Shown here one piece after another: positions 19,055 through 30,099 of a DNA stretch of 64,000 nt (the stretch's first letter is position 1; each line of letters starts with the position of its first letter). The position numbers were made by a program, and so were the translations under genes. The stretch is from an uncultured delta proteobacterium (GTDB lineage: Bacteria > Myxococcota_A > Polyangia > Polyangiales > Polyangiaceae). The stretch covers positions 736,001-800,000 of the forward strand of contig CAVOKF010000007.1 in NCBI GenBank assembly GCA_963696385.1, in the 5' to 3' direction. The notes under the pieces were generated by a model, which was given only the letters and a program-made list of their open reading frames with translations, searched no databases and was not told the DNA's origin.

Positions 19055-19873
19055 ATGAATCGCCCCGCCCGCTCTGGTTCGGCCGCTCGTGCCGTCGCCT
19101 CCACAACTCGCGGCGGCGCGCCGCCGTCTGCCGCCAAAAGCCGTCCAAAGCGGCCCGCCGCGGCAGCTCCGCCCTCGCGACGGACTTCGACCGCCGCGCC
19201 GGCTGCACCGGTGCGATCGGGGAGCCCTCCCGCCGCAAAGCGGGTATCGGGTTCGACCCCGACGGCGCAAACCGCCGCCGTGGCGCCGAGCGCACCGCCG
19301 CCGCCGGCCGCGCCGGCCACTCGCCTGTCGTCCCGACCCTCAATCCCGGGCGTGTACATCGCTCCTCCCATGTCGAATACGCCTGCGCCCGACTTCAAAG
19401 TCGGCGACAAGGCCGTCCACCCCGCGCACGGTGTGGGTGAGGTCACTGCCGTCGAACAACGCGAGATCGGCGGGACCCGGACGACGTTCTACGTGCTGCG
19501 CATCCTGGACAATGCGATGAAGGTGATGGTGCCCACGACGGCAGCCACTCAGGTGGGTCTTCGGAGCATCATGAGCGATGCGGAGGCCAACGAGATCCTC
19601 ACGACCATGAAGGCGCGCGAAGTCGCCGTCGACGTCCAACCGTGGAGCCGCCGGTTTCGCGTGTATACTGAGATGATCAAGAGCGGCTCGGCCACGGAAA
19701 TCGCCAAGGTGCTGCGTGACATGAACCGCCTCAAGTTCGACAAGGAATTGTCGTTCGGCGAGCGGCGCTTGCTCAATCAGGCACGCAGCTTGCTCCTCAA
19801 AGAGCTGGCGTTCGCAAAGAAGAAGACCGAGGCCGAGATGGCCGAAGAAATCAAGCGCATCTTCAGCACCTAG
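19055..19873 (+). CDS. cdnL: CarD/CdnL-family RNA polymerase-binding regulator, possibly with ~105-aa basic N-terminal extension
   Basis: FKVGDKAVHPAHGVG..VMVP..VGLR..WSRRFR..LSFGERRLL; conserved core starts at ATG 19370. Confidence 0.85.
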   Translation: MNRPARSGSAARAVASTTRGGAPPSAAKSRPKRPAAAAPPSRRTSTAAPAAPVRSGSPPAAKRVSGSTPTAQTAAVAPSAPPPPAAPATRLSSRPSIPGVYIAPPMSNTPAPDFKVGDKAVHPAHGVGEVTAVEQREIGGTRTTFYVLRILDNAMKVMVPTTAATQVGLRSIMSDAEANEILTTMKAREVAVDVQPWSRRFRVYTEMIKSGSATEIAKVLRDMNRLKFDKELSFGERRLLNQARSLLLKELAFAKKKTEAEMAEEIKRIFST

Positions 19874-19899
19874 CGCGTTCCTGCAGTATTCTTGGATCC

Positions 19900-20169
19900 A
19901 TGTTCGATCCGAGGGTCCTCGACGATGCCCTGGCGACGGTGCGCCGAACGCTGGATCGGTTGACCGAGCGCGGGCAAAACGACGCCGCCTTCGACATCGC
20001 GCGCGCTCAGTTCGCCGCGAGCATCCGGGCGTCGTGGCCGGCCAACGTTTCCGCGCTCGCGCGGGCCATCGATGACGCCCTGGCCAACTCCGGCCTTGCG
20101 CTCCCCGCCGAAGAGGAGGCCGAGCTGCGCCGCGCAGCCGCCGTTCTTCGCGGCGTGCCGCACGGCTGA
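19900..20169 (+). CDS. Small helical hypothetical protein (89 aa)
   Basis: Fills the gap between cdnL and the GTPase; TATTCT 7 nt before the ATG. Confidence 0.7.
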   Translation: MFDPRVLDDALATVRRTLDRLTERGQNDAAFDIARAQFAASIRASWPANVSALARAIDDALANSGLALPAEEEAELRRAAAVLRGVPHG

Positions 20170-20172
20170 GCC

Positions 20173-21387
20173 ATGGCATCCATCAACCGGCTCAAGCGAG
20201 AGCTCGTATTCAAGATCGTCTTTTACGGTCCGGGTCTCGGAGGCAAGACGACGAGCCTCAGGCACATCCACACGGCGACCAACCCCGAGAACCGTGGCAA
20301 CTTGATCTCGCTCGCGACCGATACGGACCGCACGCTCTACTTCGACTACCTGCCCATCAAGCTTGTCAAGCTCGGGGACATGGGCGTCAAGTTGCAGCTG
20401 TACACGGTGCCGGGTCAGGTCTACTACGCCGCCACGCGCAAGCTCGTGCTCAGCGGCGCCGACGGAATCGTGTTCGTCGCCGACACGCAAACGGCCCGAT
20501 ACGATTCGAACCAAGAGTCGCTCGACGATCTCAACCTGAACCTCGCCGAACAGGGTCGCAAACTGAGCCGGGTGCCGCACGTGTTCCAGTGGAACAAGAG
20601 GGACTTGCCGGCGCTCGTAGCGGTGGACGAACTCGATCGACGGCTGAACCTGTTCGGCGCCCCCGCGGTGCCCACGATCGCCACCTCGGGCCAAGGGATC
20701 TTCGACATTCTCGAGCGCATCACTCGGCTCGTCGTAGAGGGATATCGGGCCGATCTACCGGGCGTTACACGCAACGACGGATTCCCGCTGTTTCTCGACG
20801 CCGAAGAAATGGGGCTCGCCCTCGCGATCAAGGGACTAGCCGACTCGCAACCGGGCCGGGTGCAAGCGAGCGCGCGGCGCGAGGCAGCCCTGCCCGCCGT
20901 GATGGCGCCCATCGAGGGGACGTTGCCTTCGCACACGCTCTCCTCGGCTCCGACGCCGGCTCCGTTGCGAGCTCGATCTCCGCAGCAGCCGGCGGCCGGC
21001 CCTCCGGCGGACCTCGGGCCATCGGAGGCCAACGGTCTTGCGTTCACGTTCGCCGAAATCTGGCCGGGTGGCGATCGCGACGTCGTCCGACGAATCGAGC
21101 GGGCGCTGTCCGCGAGGGACGCCGTGGCCGCGATCGCCGCCTGCGAGATCCTGGTCGCACGAGTCCTGGCGGGGGTGTGGACCCAGGTCGGTGACGCGAA
21201 GCGCTCCCCCGATCCGGCCACCTTGGTGATGCTGCTCGGTTTGGATGGCCCTCGTTACATCGAATTCCTGAACGTCGTTCGCGCTGCGCGGTCGCAACCA
21301 GCGCCCACGCTGCACGACGCGCTCGGGTCCTACGCATTCGCCCTACAAGCACGCCTAGCGTTCGACCGCACTCTGCGGGACGGGTGA
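20173..21387 (+). CDS. MglA-like small GTPase with C-terminal extension
   Basis: KIVFYGPGLGGKTT, DRTLYFD, TVPGQ, GADGIVFVAD, NKRDL. Confidence 0.9.
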   Translation: MASINRLKRELVFKIVFYGPGLGGKTTSLRHIHTATNPENRGNLISLATDTDRTLYFDYLPIKLVKLGDMGVKLQLYTVPGQVYYAATRKLVLSGADGIVFVADTQTARYDSNQESLDDLNLNLAEQGRKLSRVPHVFQWNKRDLPALVAVDELDRRLNLFGAPAVPTIATSGQGIFDILERITRLVVEGYRADLPGVTRNDGFPLFLDAEEMGLALAIKGLADSQPGRVQASARREAALPAVMAPIEGTLPSHTLSSAPTPAPLRARSPQQPAAGPPADLGPSEANGLAFTFAEIWPGGDRDVVRRIERALSARDAVAAIAACEILVARVLAGVWTQVGDAKRSPDPATLVMLLGLDGPRYIEFLNVVRAARSQPAPTLHDALGSYAFALQARLAFDRTLRDG

Positions 21388-21390
21388 CGT

Positions 21391-21807
21391 TTACGTGCCG
21401 GTCACGTGCACGATGAACTCGCGCCGATGGCCTTCGCGCCGGTGCTCCCATACGTACAGGGCCTGCCAGGTCCCCAGCCCGAGCTCACCGCGCACAATCG
21501 GGATCGATTCGCTCGAGCGCGTGATGGCGGAGCGCAGGTGGCTCGGCATGTCGTCCAGGCCTTCGTCGTCGTGTTCGTAGGCGCGACCCTCCGGCGCGAG
21601 GGCATCCATCCATCGGCCCAGATCGCGTAGAACCGCGGGATCCGCGTTTTCCTGAACGACCAGCGACGCGCTCGTGTGGCGCAAGAAGACCGTGCATAGC
21701 CCGGTGTTCACACCGGCTTCGGCAACGACGCGAACGACGTCCGCCGTGACGTCGTAGAAACCGCGGCCGCGGGTCGAGCAGGAAAGTGTTCGCTGGTGAA
21801 TTTTCAT
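21391..21807 (-). CDS. yjbQ: YjbQ / UPF0047 family protein
   Basis: HTSASL..ENADP..DDMPSH..LGTWQ. Confidence 0.92.
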   Translation of the reverse strand: MKIHQRTLSCSTRGRGFYDVTADVVRVVAEAGVNTGLCTVFLRHTSASLVVQENADPAVLRDLGRWMDALAPEGRAYEHDDEGLDDMPSHLRSAITRSSESIPIVRGELGLGTWQALYVWEHRREGHRREFIVHVTGT

Positions 21808-22775
21808 CGCGCACCGGCGTCGACAGCGCACATGGCCAACGTCGGAAAGACGCAGAACTGACCGGCGCATACGGCAGGGGCCAAGCAGTCGAGGCCCTGG
21901 GTGACGTCGCACGGGTCGCCGTCCACCTCGGGCGGAAAACAGATGCCGTAGCACGTGGCGTCACCGCCGCAGGTCGTGGGCGTCGACGACTCGCCGCACG
22001 ATTGGTTGTACCCAAGGACATCGAAATCGGCGCAGCGCCGAGTGGCGTCGCAGTATTCGGCGACATCGGCGCACGGCGAGCCGCCCGCGCAACCCTCTTC
22101 GATGCCCGTGAGCGGGCCGCAGCCATTGCCGCAAGGCTCCAACGGCTGCGCCGCCGGTGCGCAGACGCGCTCTGCCGCCCCACCGTCGGCGGACTCCGGA
22201 GCCTCGCAATTGAGGCTCGCACAGTCGACCGCTACGCTACATGACTCGCCCACCGCACGCGCGCCCATGCAGGGGATGCCGGATCCGTCGATCCCTGCAT
22301 CGCAGTCTTGGCCGGGCGGACAAGCCGCAGCGCAGGGATTCGACAAGCACGTGCCGCATACCCCCGAGCACGCCCCACTCTGGCACGCTTCGTCGAACAC
22401 GCAGGTGCCACCGGCGGGAGTCCGGCCCGACGGCAGACAGTCCAACGGAAGATACGCGACCGACGAGCTGCACGAGGGCGGGTACTGGCACGACTCCAAC
22501 TTTTGCTCGTTGAAGACCACGTTCGGATCGCTCGCCACCAGTTCGCACAAGATCGTGGATCGCGCGACGCATTGATTTTGGCTGACCCACGGCGAGTAGG
22601 GCGGGCAACGAGCCTCGTACGCGCAGACGGTCAGCGCCCACGCGCCGCAGGCAGACGCATAGCGAGCGCTCGGAGTCCCGGCGTCCACGGGCAGGATAAC
22701 GAAGCTAGACTGACCACTGCACCCCAGAAGCAAAGCGGACAGACCGAGGGCACGAAGACGGGCCCGCCGCGGCAT
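21804..22775 (-). CDS. Cys-rich lipoprotein
   Basis: MPRRARLRALGLSALLLG-C lipobox; G-x-x-C..C..C modules; ATGA overlap with yjbQ. Confidence 0.8.
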   Translation of the reverse strand: MPRRARLRALGLSALLLGCSGQSSFVILPVDAGTPSARYASACGAWALTVCAYEARCPPYSPWVSQNQCVARSTILCELVASDPNVVFNEQKLESCQYPPSCSSSVAYLPLDCLPSGRTPAGGTCVFDEACQSGACSGVCGTCLSNPCAAACPPGQDCDAGIDGSGIPCMGARAVGESCSVAVDCASLNCEAPESADGGAAERVCAPAAQPLEPCGNGCGPLTGIEEGCAGGSPCADVAEYCDATRRCADFDVLGYNQSCGESSTPTTCGGDATCYGICFPPEVDGDPCDVTQGLDCLAPAVCAGQFCVFPTLAMCAVDAGAR

Positions 22776-22809
22776 CGACCCAGCGTATGACGTCCGCCGC
22801 AAGCGCTCC

Positions 22810-25092
<2,283 letters not shown>

Positions 25093-25147
25093 CGAGCCCG
25101 CGCGATCCGCCAGGGAGGCACCGACCGAGCCGAGCGCATCGCGGCGA

Positions 25148-25894
25148 TCAGCGCGACTCGTACACGTGCATCGCCGGAAGCTCAAGCGCGGTCAAGAAGC
25201 CTCCCTTGCCGGCACCCGTGTCGAGCCCCACGCAGCACGGGCCGGCCCAGACGTCGAGCGGGTCCTCGGGGGTGTACGTGCTCAGCTCCGGCGGCAAAAA
25301 CGCCGTCGCGGTGTGCCCGAACACGACGAGCTTGCCCCGGTAGTTGCGAAAGAAGTCGTCGTCGCGAAGCCAAAGCAGGGTCGCCCGGAGGGGCACTTCC
25401 GACGGATGCAGAAATCCGTTTGGGCCCCGCGGCAAGCCCGCATGAACGTAAATGGCGTGCTCGTCCTCGTACCAATGCGGCAGCCCCTGCATCCATTCGA
25501 CGACGTCATCCGGAAAGAAAGCTCCTGCGAGTAAGGCGCGCATTTCGTCGGGCCGCGGCTTTTCGTCCGGCACGACGAGAGGGCCTCCCGTAAACGATCG
25601 CATCGCGGCCAGGCAACCGTTGCCGGCCGGCGTCACGTACTCCGGCCAGCCCGTTTCGATCACGCGAAGCCAAGCGTCCTCGTGGTTGCCCCGGAGCGCG
25701 AACACTTTCGCCGGTCCTCCGCGCGCAAGGGTACGAATGAAGTCGATGACTTGAGCGGATCTTGGACCCCGGTCCACGTAGTCGCCCAGGAAAACGATCG
25801 TGTCGGTCGACTGCAACGGTGGAAGCCGCCCGAGCATGCACTCGAGCGCGTCGAGGTCGCCGTGAATGTCGCCGATAGCGAACGTGCGAGCCAC
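25148..25894 (-). CDS. PPP-family Ser/Thr protein phosphatase (metallophosphoesterase)
   Basis: GDIHG, GDYVDRG, GNHE, VHAG, FGHT, LDTG. Confidence 0.93.
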   Translation of the reverse strand: MARTFAIGDIHGDLDALECMLGRLPPLQSTDTIVFLGDYVDRGPRSAQVIDFIRTLARGGPAKVFALRGNHEDAWLRVIETGWPEYVTPAGNGCLAAMRSFTGGPLVVPDEKPRPDEMRALLAGAFFPDDVVEWMQGLPHWYEDEHAIYVHAGLPRGPNGFLHPSEVPLRATLLWLRDDDFFRNYRGKLVVFGHTATAFLPPELSTYTPEDPLDVWAGPCCVGLDTGAGKGGFLTALELPAMHVYESR

Positions 25895-25994
25895 GATTGG
25901 CCACTATAAATCGAAGGCGCGCGGAACGGAAATGGACCGCCGTCCGACCTTGCGCGCCGACGCCGACCGAGACCCCCGCGCCCTCGGCACAACC

Positions 25995-26492
25995 TCAGGG
26001 GTTCGGAGTGCGCCCAGCGCCTTGGCCAAGCCGCTGCGTCTCGAGCCGTCGGACGACCTCGAGAGCGCTCTCGGCGTGTTGATGAAAGCGAAACTGCGAG
26101 ACGAGCACGTGGCGAACGACCCCGTCTCGATCAATGACGAACGTCGCGCGGCCCGGCAACAGGCCGAGCGTGGGGCGCACGCCGTAGAGCGCTCGCACCT
26201 TGCCATCGACGTCGCTCAGCAGCGTCATCGGCAAGCGGTGCTTGCTTGCGAAGCGCTCGTGAGACCCCAACGAGTCGGAACTGATGCCGACCACTTGGGC
26301 GCCGGCCATCACGAAATCGCCGTTCAGATCGCGGAACGTGCACGCCTCGACGGTGCACCCCATCGTATGGTCTTTGGGATAGAAGAAGACGACCACGGTG
26401 CGCTGACCGAGCAACAGAGAGAGGGTGACGGACTCGCCGGTCGTCGAGGGCAAGGTGAAGTCCGGAGCTCGGTCGCCGACAGCAACGGTCAT
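25995..26492 (-). CDS. bcp: Peroxiredoxin, BCP/PrxQ family
   Basis: GDRAPDFTL..FYPKDHTMGCTVEAC..GISSD..GRATFVID. Confidence 0.92.
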   Translation of the reverse strand: MTVAVGDRAPDFTLPSTTGESVTLSLLLGQRTVVVFFYPKDHTMGCTVEACTFRDLNGDFVMAGAQVVGISSDSLGSHERFASKHRLPMTLLSDVDGKVRALYGVRPTLGLLPGRATFVIDRDGVVRHVLVSQFRFHQHAESALEVVRRLETQRLGQGAGRTPNP

Positions 26493-26530
26493 AGGGGCAC
26501 TCCCAGCACTTGGATGATCCGAGCGAGCCG

Positions 26531-27169
26531 TCAGTCGCTCGCGGCGATCTTGTCGCGAAGCTTCTTCACGATGTTGGGATAGCCCTCGTTCGGGTTGTGC
26601 ATCTTCTTTCTGAACTGGTCGTAATAATTTTTGGTCAAGCTGGAGCCCTCGGTCACGATGTCGACCACTTTCCAGCCGGCCGGTGTCTGCTTGACGATAT
26701 AGTCGACGCGCACCGGAGGCTCGCGGGGCTTGAGGCGGTCTTGCGCTTCGGTCATGACCCGCGTATCTCCGGCGGCGTCGCGCGAGCCGCGGTAGTTGAT
26801 GTCGTAGTCGAGCGTCTTCGTCAAGTTGCGCTGGTACGTCTTGCTCACCAGCTGTTCGAGCAGGCCACGGACCTCGGATCGCTGCGCGTCGCTGTAGCCG
26901 ATCCATAGGTCTTCGCACGAAGGCTCGGAGAGCGGACAGGGTTCACCGAACGCGCGGTGGGTCAGTTCGTCGTAGTCGACGAAGGTGCCAAGTGCGCGCT
27001 GCAGCTGGGCGTGTCGCTCGGCCGATTCGGGCTCGTGCAGCAACTGCTCGAGGTGATGGTGCTGGCGTTCGACGAACGCATGGGGGTCCTCCGCGGCGGC
27101 GACAGCAGGCCCCATGAGCGCGACCGCGCTCAGTGCCGATGAAATCCCGATGATGTGGCGAAACGACAT
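26531..27169 (-). CDS. mlaC: MlaC/Ttg2D-family periplasmic phospholipid-binding protein
   Basis: Signal peptide; FVDYDELT..; VDY..WKVVDIVTEGSSL..YYDQF. Confidence 0.8.
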   Translation of the reverse strand: MSFRHIIGISSALSAVALMGPAVAAAEDPHAFVERQHHHLEQLLHEPESAERHAQLQRALGTFVDYDELTHRAFGEPCPLSEPSCEDLWIGYSDAQRSEVRGLLEQLVSKTYQRNLTKTLDYDINYRGSRDAAGDTRVMTEAQDRLKPREPPVRVDYIVKQTPAGWKVVDIVTEGSSLTKNYYDQFRKKMHNPNEGYPNIVKKLRDKIAASD

Positions 27170-27307
27170 GAGACTTGACCTCGAAAGCAGACAACAGAGC
27201 CTCGCCGGCACTGCAAGCGCCGCCTGGGGGAAACCAGGCGAGAAGGCGCAACAATGGCGCACAAGTCATCGTAGCGCTGCGGACATTCAATCGGTTGGAT
27301 TACTCAT

Positions 27308-28720
27308 TCACGAGGGATCGGGCGAGGGGGGCGGAGGGCGCGTGCTCCGACGCAGGCCGCTGACATCGCGGCTCAGCGTCAGGCGAAAACTCGCCCCGCC
27401 CGAATCCGACCGCTCGACGCGCAGCGTGACCCCCATGGGCGCGTGGTCTTCGACGATGCGCCGCACGACCGCCAGACCGATCCCAGCGCCGTGCGTTCGC
27501 GTCGTGAAGAACTCGTCGAAAATGCGATCTGCAGTGGCATCGGGAATTCCGGGCCCCTGGTCGTCGACCCCCAGCATGACCTCGCGTTCGCGAACGCGCA
27601 GCCACACCGTCACCGTCGAACCAGCCGAAGTCGCCTCCATGGCATTTCGGACGAGGTTCCAGAGCACTTGCCGCATCTGGGACCCGTCGCACCGTGCCCG
27701 GGTCTCTTCGTCAGGGCCGTCGTAGAGCACCCGCACGTCCACGCCGCGCGAAGCGTTCGTCGCGAGCGCCACCACTTCGCGGGCGAGCGCGCCGATGTCC
27801 GTCGATTCGGCGGTGGGCGGGCGAGGCCTCGAAAGGTCGACCATGTCGCCCACCAGATCGTTGAGGCGGATGGCTTCACGTTTGACGATGTCGCACAAAA
27901 GTCGGTCCTCGTCGGACAGTGCCGACGAGTCGCGAAGCATCTCGATCGAGCCGGTAATCGACCCCAGCGGATTGCGAATTTCGTGCGCGAGTCCTGCGGC
28001 GATCCGGCCGAGCACCGCCAGACGTTCGGCGTCGTTCGCGCGTCGCGTCGCAACCTGCAGAGCCCCCCCCGTCAGTCGCAAGCGCTCCGCCAGATAGCCC
28101 GCCAGCAGGGCGACGACCGCAACACCGAGCGCGTTGATGAGCACGGGGAAAATCAGGTCGCTTGCGCTCGCCGCGTAGCTGGCCGGCGCTTGGTCCGGTG
28201 GAGCGAGCACCCAGCCGAAGTGAAACGCTGCGCACAGCAGCGCATACATTCCAATGCCGAGCGCGGCCGCGACGAGAGCGCCGCGTACGCCCACGAGAAT
28301 GGCCCCCACGAGACAGGTCAAGGCGTAGAGCGACGTCGCGCCGCTCGACGCGCCCCCGGTCACGTACACGATGGCGGTGCTCGTCACCTGATCGAGCGCG
28401 ATCTGGGCCCATGCGACGCCGAGCAGGTGTCTCGATCGCCGTAGCGTCGCCGCATAGATCGCGGCGAGCGCGAAGCCGGCGGCGATCGTCACGAAAACGA
28501 CGCGCAGACTGAACGGATAAAGCGTGAGCGCTCCGCGCAGATACAGCGTGGCCGTCGCGCCGAGCAGCAGGAGCAAAAACGCAAGGCGAAGACCGGTGAC
28601 CCACGCGAGCCTCGTCGCGAGACTGTGATCGGGTGGGCGGTTGCTCGACGACTTGCTCTTGACCGAACCATCGTGCGCCTGCGGCCGCAAGGCGGCGGAG
28701 CGGCTGGCAGGCGCCCTCAT
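27308..28720 (-). CDS. pilS: PilS-like membrane sensor histidine kinase (no PAS domain seen)
   Basis: Six TM helices with VYVTGG..S; H-box AHEIRNPL; NLVRNA, DQGPGI, GAGIGL; directly downstream of pilC. Confidence 0.8.
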   Translation of the reverse strand: MRAPASRSAALRPQAHDGSVKSKSSSNRPPDHSLATRLAWVTGLRLAFLLLLLGATATLYLRGALTLYPFSLRVVFVTIAAGFALAAIYAATLRRSRHLLGVAWAQIALDQVTSTAIVYVTGGASSGATSLYALTCLVGAILVGVRGALVAAALGIGMYALLCAAFHFGWVLAPPDQAPASYAASASDLIFPVLINALGVAVVALLAGYLAERLRLTGGALQVATRRANDAERLAVLGRIAAGLAHEIRNPLGSITGSIEMLRDSSALSDEDRLLCDIVKREAIRLNDLVGDMVDLSRPRPPTAESTDIGALAREVVALATNASRGVDVRVLYDGPDEETRARCDGSQMRQVLWNLVRNAMEATSAGSTVTVWLRVREREVMLGVDDQGPGIPDATADRIFDEFFTTRTHGAGIGLAVVRRIVEDHAPMGVTLRVERSDSGGASFRLTLSRDVSGLRRSTRPPPPSPDPS

Positions 28721-28724
28721 GGAT

Positions 28725-29936
28725 CTAGTCGGCTTTGATTTTACCCGCGATCGCGAAGATCGGCAGGTACATCGCGATGAGCACGACGCCGACCGTTCCG
28801 CCGATGCCGACCATCAGCAGCGGTTCGATGAGGCTCGTCAACGCCGAGACGGCCACATCGACTTCCTCTTCGTAAAAATCGGCGATCTTGTTGAGCATCG
28901 CATCGAGGGCGCCCGTCTGCTCGCCGACGCCGACCATCTGCACGACCATCGTGGGAAACACGGCCGTCTCGAGCAGCGGCTGCGCCATCGTCTTGCCCTC
29001 CGAGATCCGAAGCCGGGCGTACATGATCGCTTCTTCGACAATGACGTTGCCGGCCGTCTTGGCGACGATTTCCAAGGCGTCCAAAATGGGCACGCCCGAA
29101 GACAGCAGCGTGCCGAGCGTCCGGGTGAAACGAGCCACGGCGATCTTTCTCAGCACGTCACCGACGACCGGCAGGCGCAGCAGCCACTTGTGGACGGTCT
29201 TTTTTCCCTTCGGCGTTCGATAGAAGTAGATGAAGCCGAACACCAGTCCGGCAAGCCCCAGTAGAATGAACGGCCCGTTGCTGATGAACCCGCTCGAGAC
29301 GGCCATGACCATCTTCGTGAGCGCCGGCAGCTCGTCCTTCGCGCCGAAGTCCTTGAACATGGTCTGGAATCCGGGGATGACGAAGATCAGCAAGATCGAC
29401 AAAACGGCGAAGAAGACGATGATGACCACGCTCGGGTAGGCCATGGCGCCGCGCACTTGTCGGCGCAATTTCATGGCCTTCTCGATGTAGACCGCCAAGC
29501 GGTTCAGAATCGTATCGAGGATGCCGCCGACTTCGCCCGCTTGGACCAGGTTCACGTAAAGGTGATCGAACACCTTGGGATGACGCCGGAGCGAGTCGCT
29601 GAACGTCGCACCCTGCTCGACGCTGGCTTTGACGTCCCGCAATATGACGCCGAATGCCTTGTTGTCGGTTTGGCCCTGCAGAATGTCCAGACACTGGACG
29701 ATCGGCAGACCGGCGTCGATCATCGTCGCGAACAGGCGGGTGAACGTAACGAGATCCTTCGGGCCGACGCCCGTTCCAAAGCGGAACGAGAACTCCTTGG
29801 CCTTTTTCTTCACCTTCGTGGGCTGGAGCTGCTGCGAACGCAGCCGTTGATTGACCGCGTCCTCGGACTCGGCGTCCATGGAGCCTTTGCGCACTTCCCC
29901 CGTGCGCGCTCGCGCTTCCCATACGAATTCGGCCAC
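28725..29936 (-). CDS. pilC: Type IV pilus inner-membrane platform protein
   Basis: MAEFVWEAR..FTRLFATMIDAGLP..AGEVGG..GEQTGALD..IEP..AMYLPIF; GTG start. Confidence 0.95.
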   Translation of the reverse strand: MAEFVWEARARTGEVRKGSMDAESEDAVNQRLRSQQLQPTKVKKKAKEFSFRFGTGVGPKDLVTFTRLFATMIDAGLPIVQCLDILQGQTDNKAFGVILRDVKASVEQGATFSDSLRRHPKVFDHLYVNLVQAGEVGGILDTILNRLAVYIEKAMKLRRQVRGAMAYPSVVIIVFFAVLSILLIFVIPGFQTMFKDFGAKDELPALTKMVMAVSSGFISNGPFILLGLAGLVFGFIYFYRTPKGKKTVHKWLLRLPVVGDVLRKIAVARFTRTLGTLLSSGVPILDALEIVAKTAGNVIVEEAIMYARLRISEGKTMAQPLLETAVFPTMVVQMVGVGEQTGALDAMLNKIADFYEEEVDVAVSALTSLIEPLLMVGIGGTVGVVLIAMYLPIFAIAGKIKAD

Positions 29937-29957
29937 GATTTGTCGCTTTGAACAACA

Positions 29958-29987
29958 AGTGTACAGGTCGCGCAAGCAAGGGGTCAA
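29958..29987 (-). promoter_or_regulatory. Putative sigma70-type promoter of pilC
   Basis: TTGACC-N18-TACACT on the minus strand, 21 nt before the GTG. Confidence 0.55.
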
Positions 29988-30099
29988 AGACTCTTCGCGA
30001 CCCGGCGCGCGCCAAACGTGAGCGCCGGTGTGCATTGCCCCCGCCCCACCCGAGCGTGCCGCACCCGCGCAACTTCTGCTGATAAGCTCCGAGTCCGCC

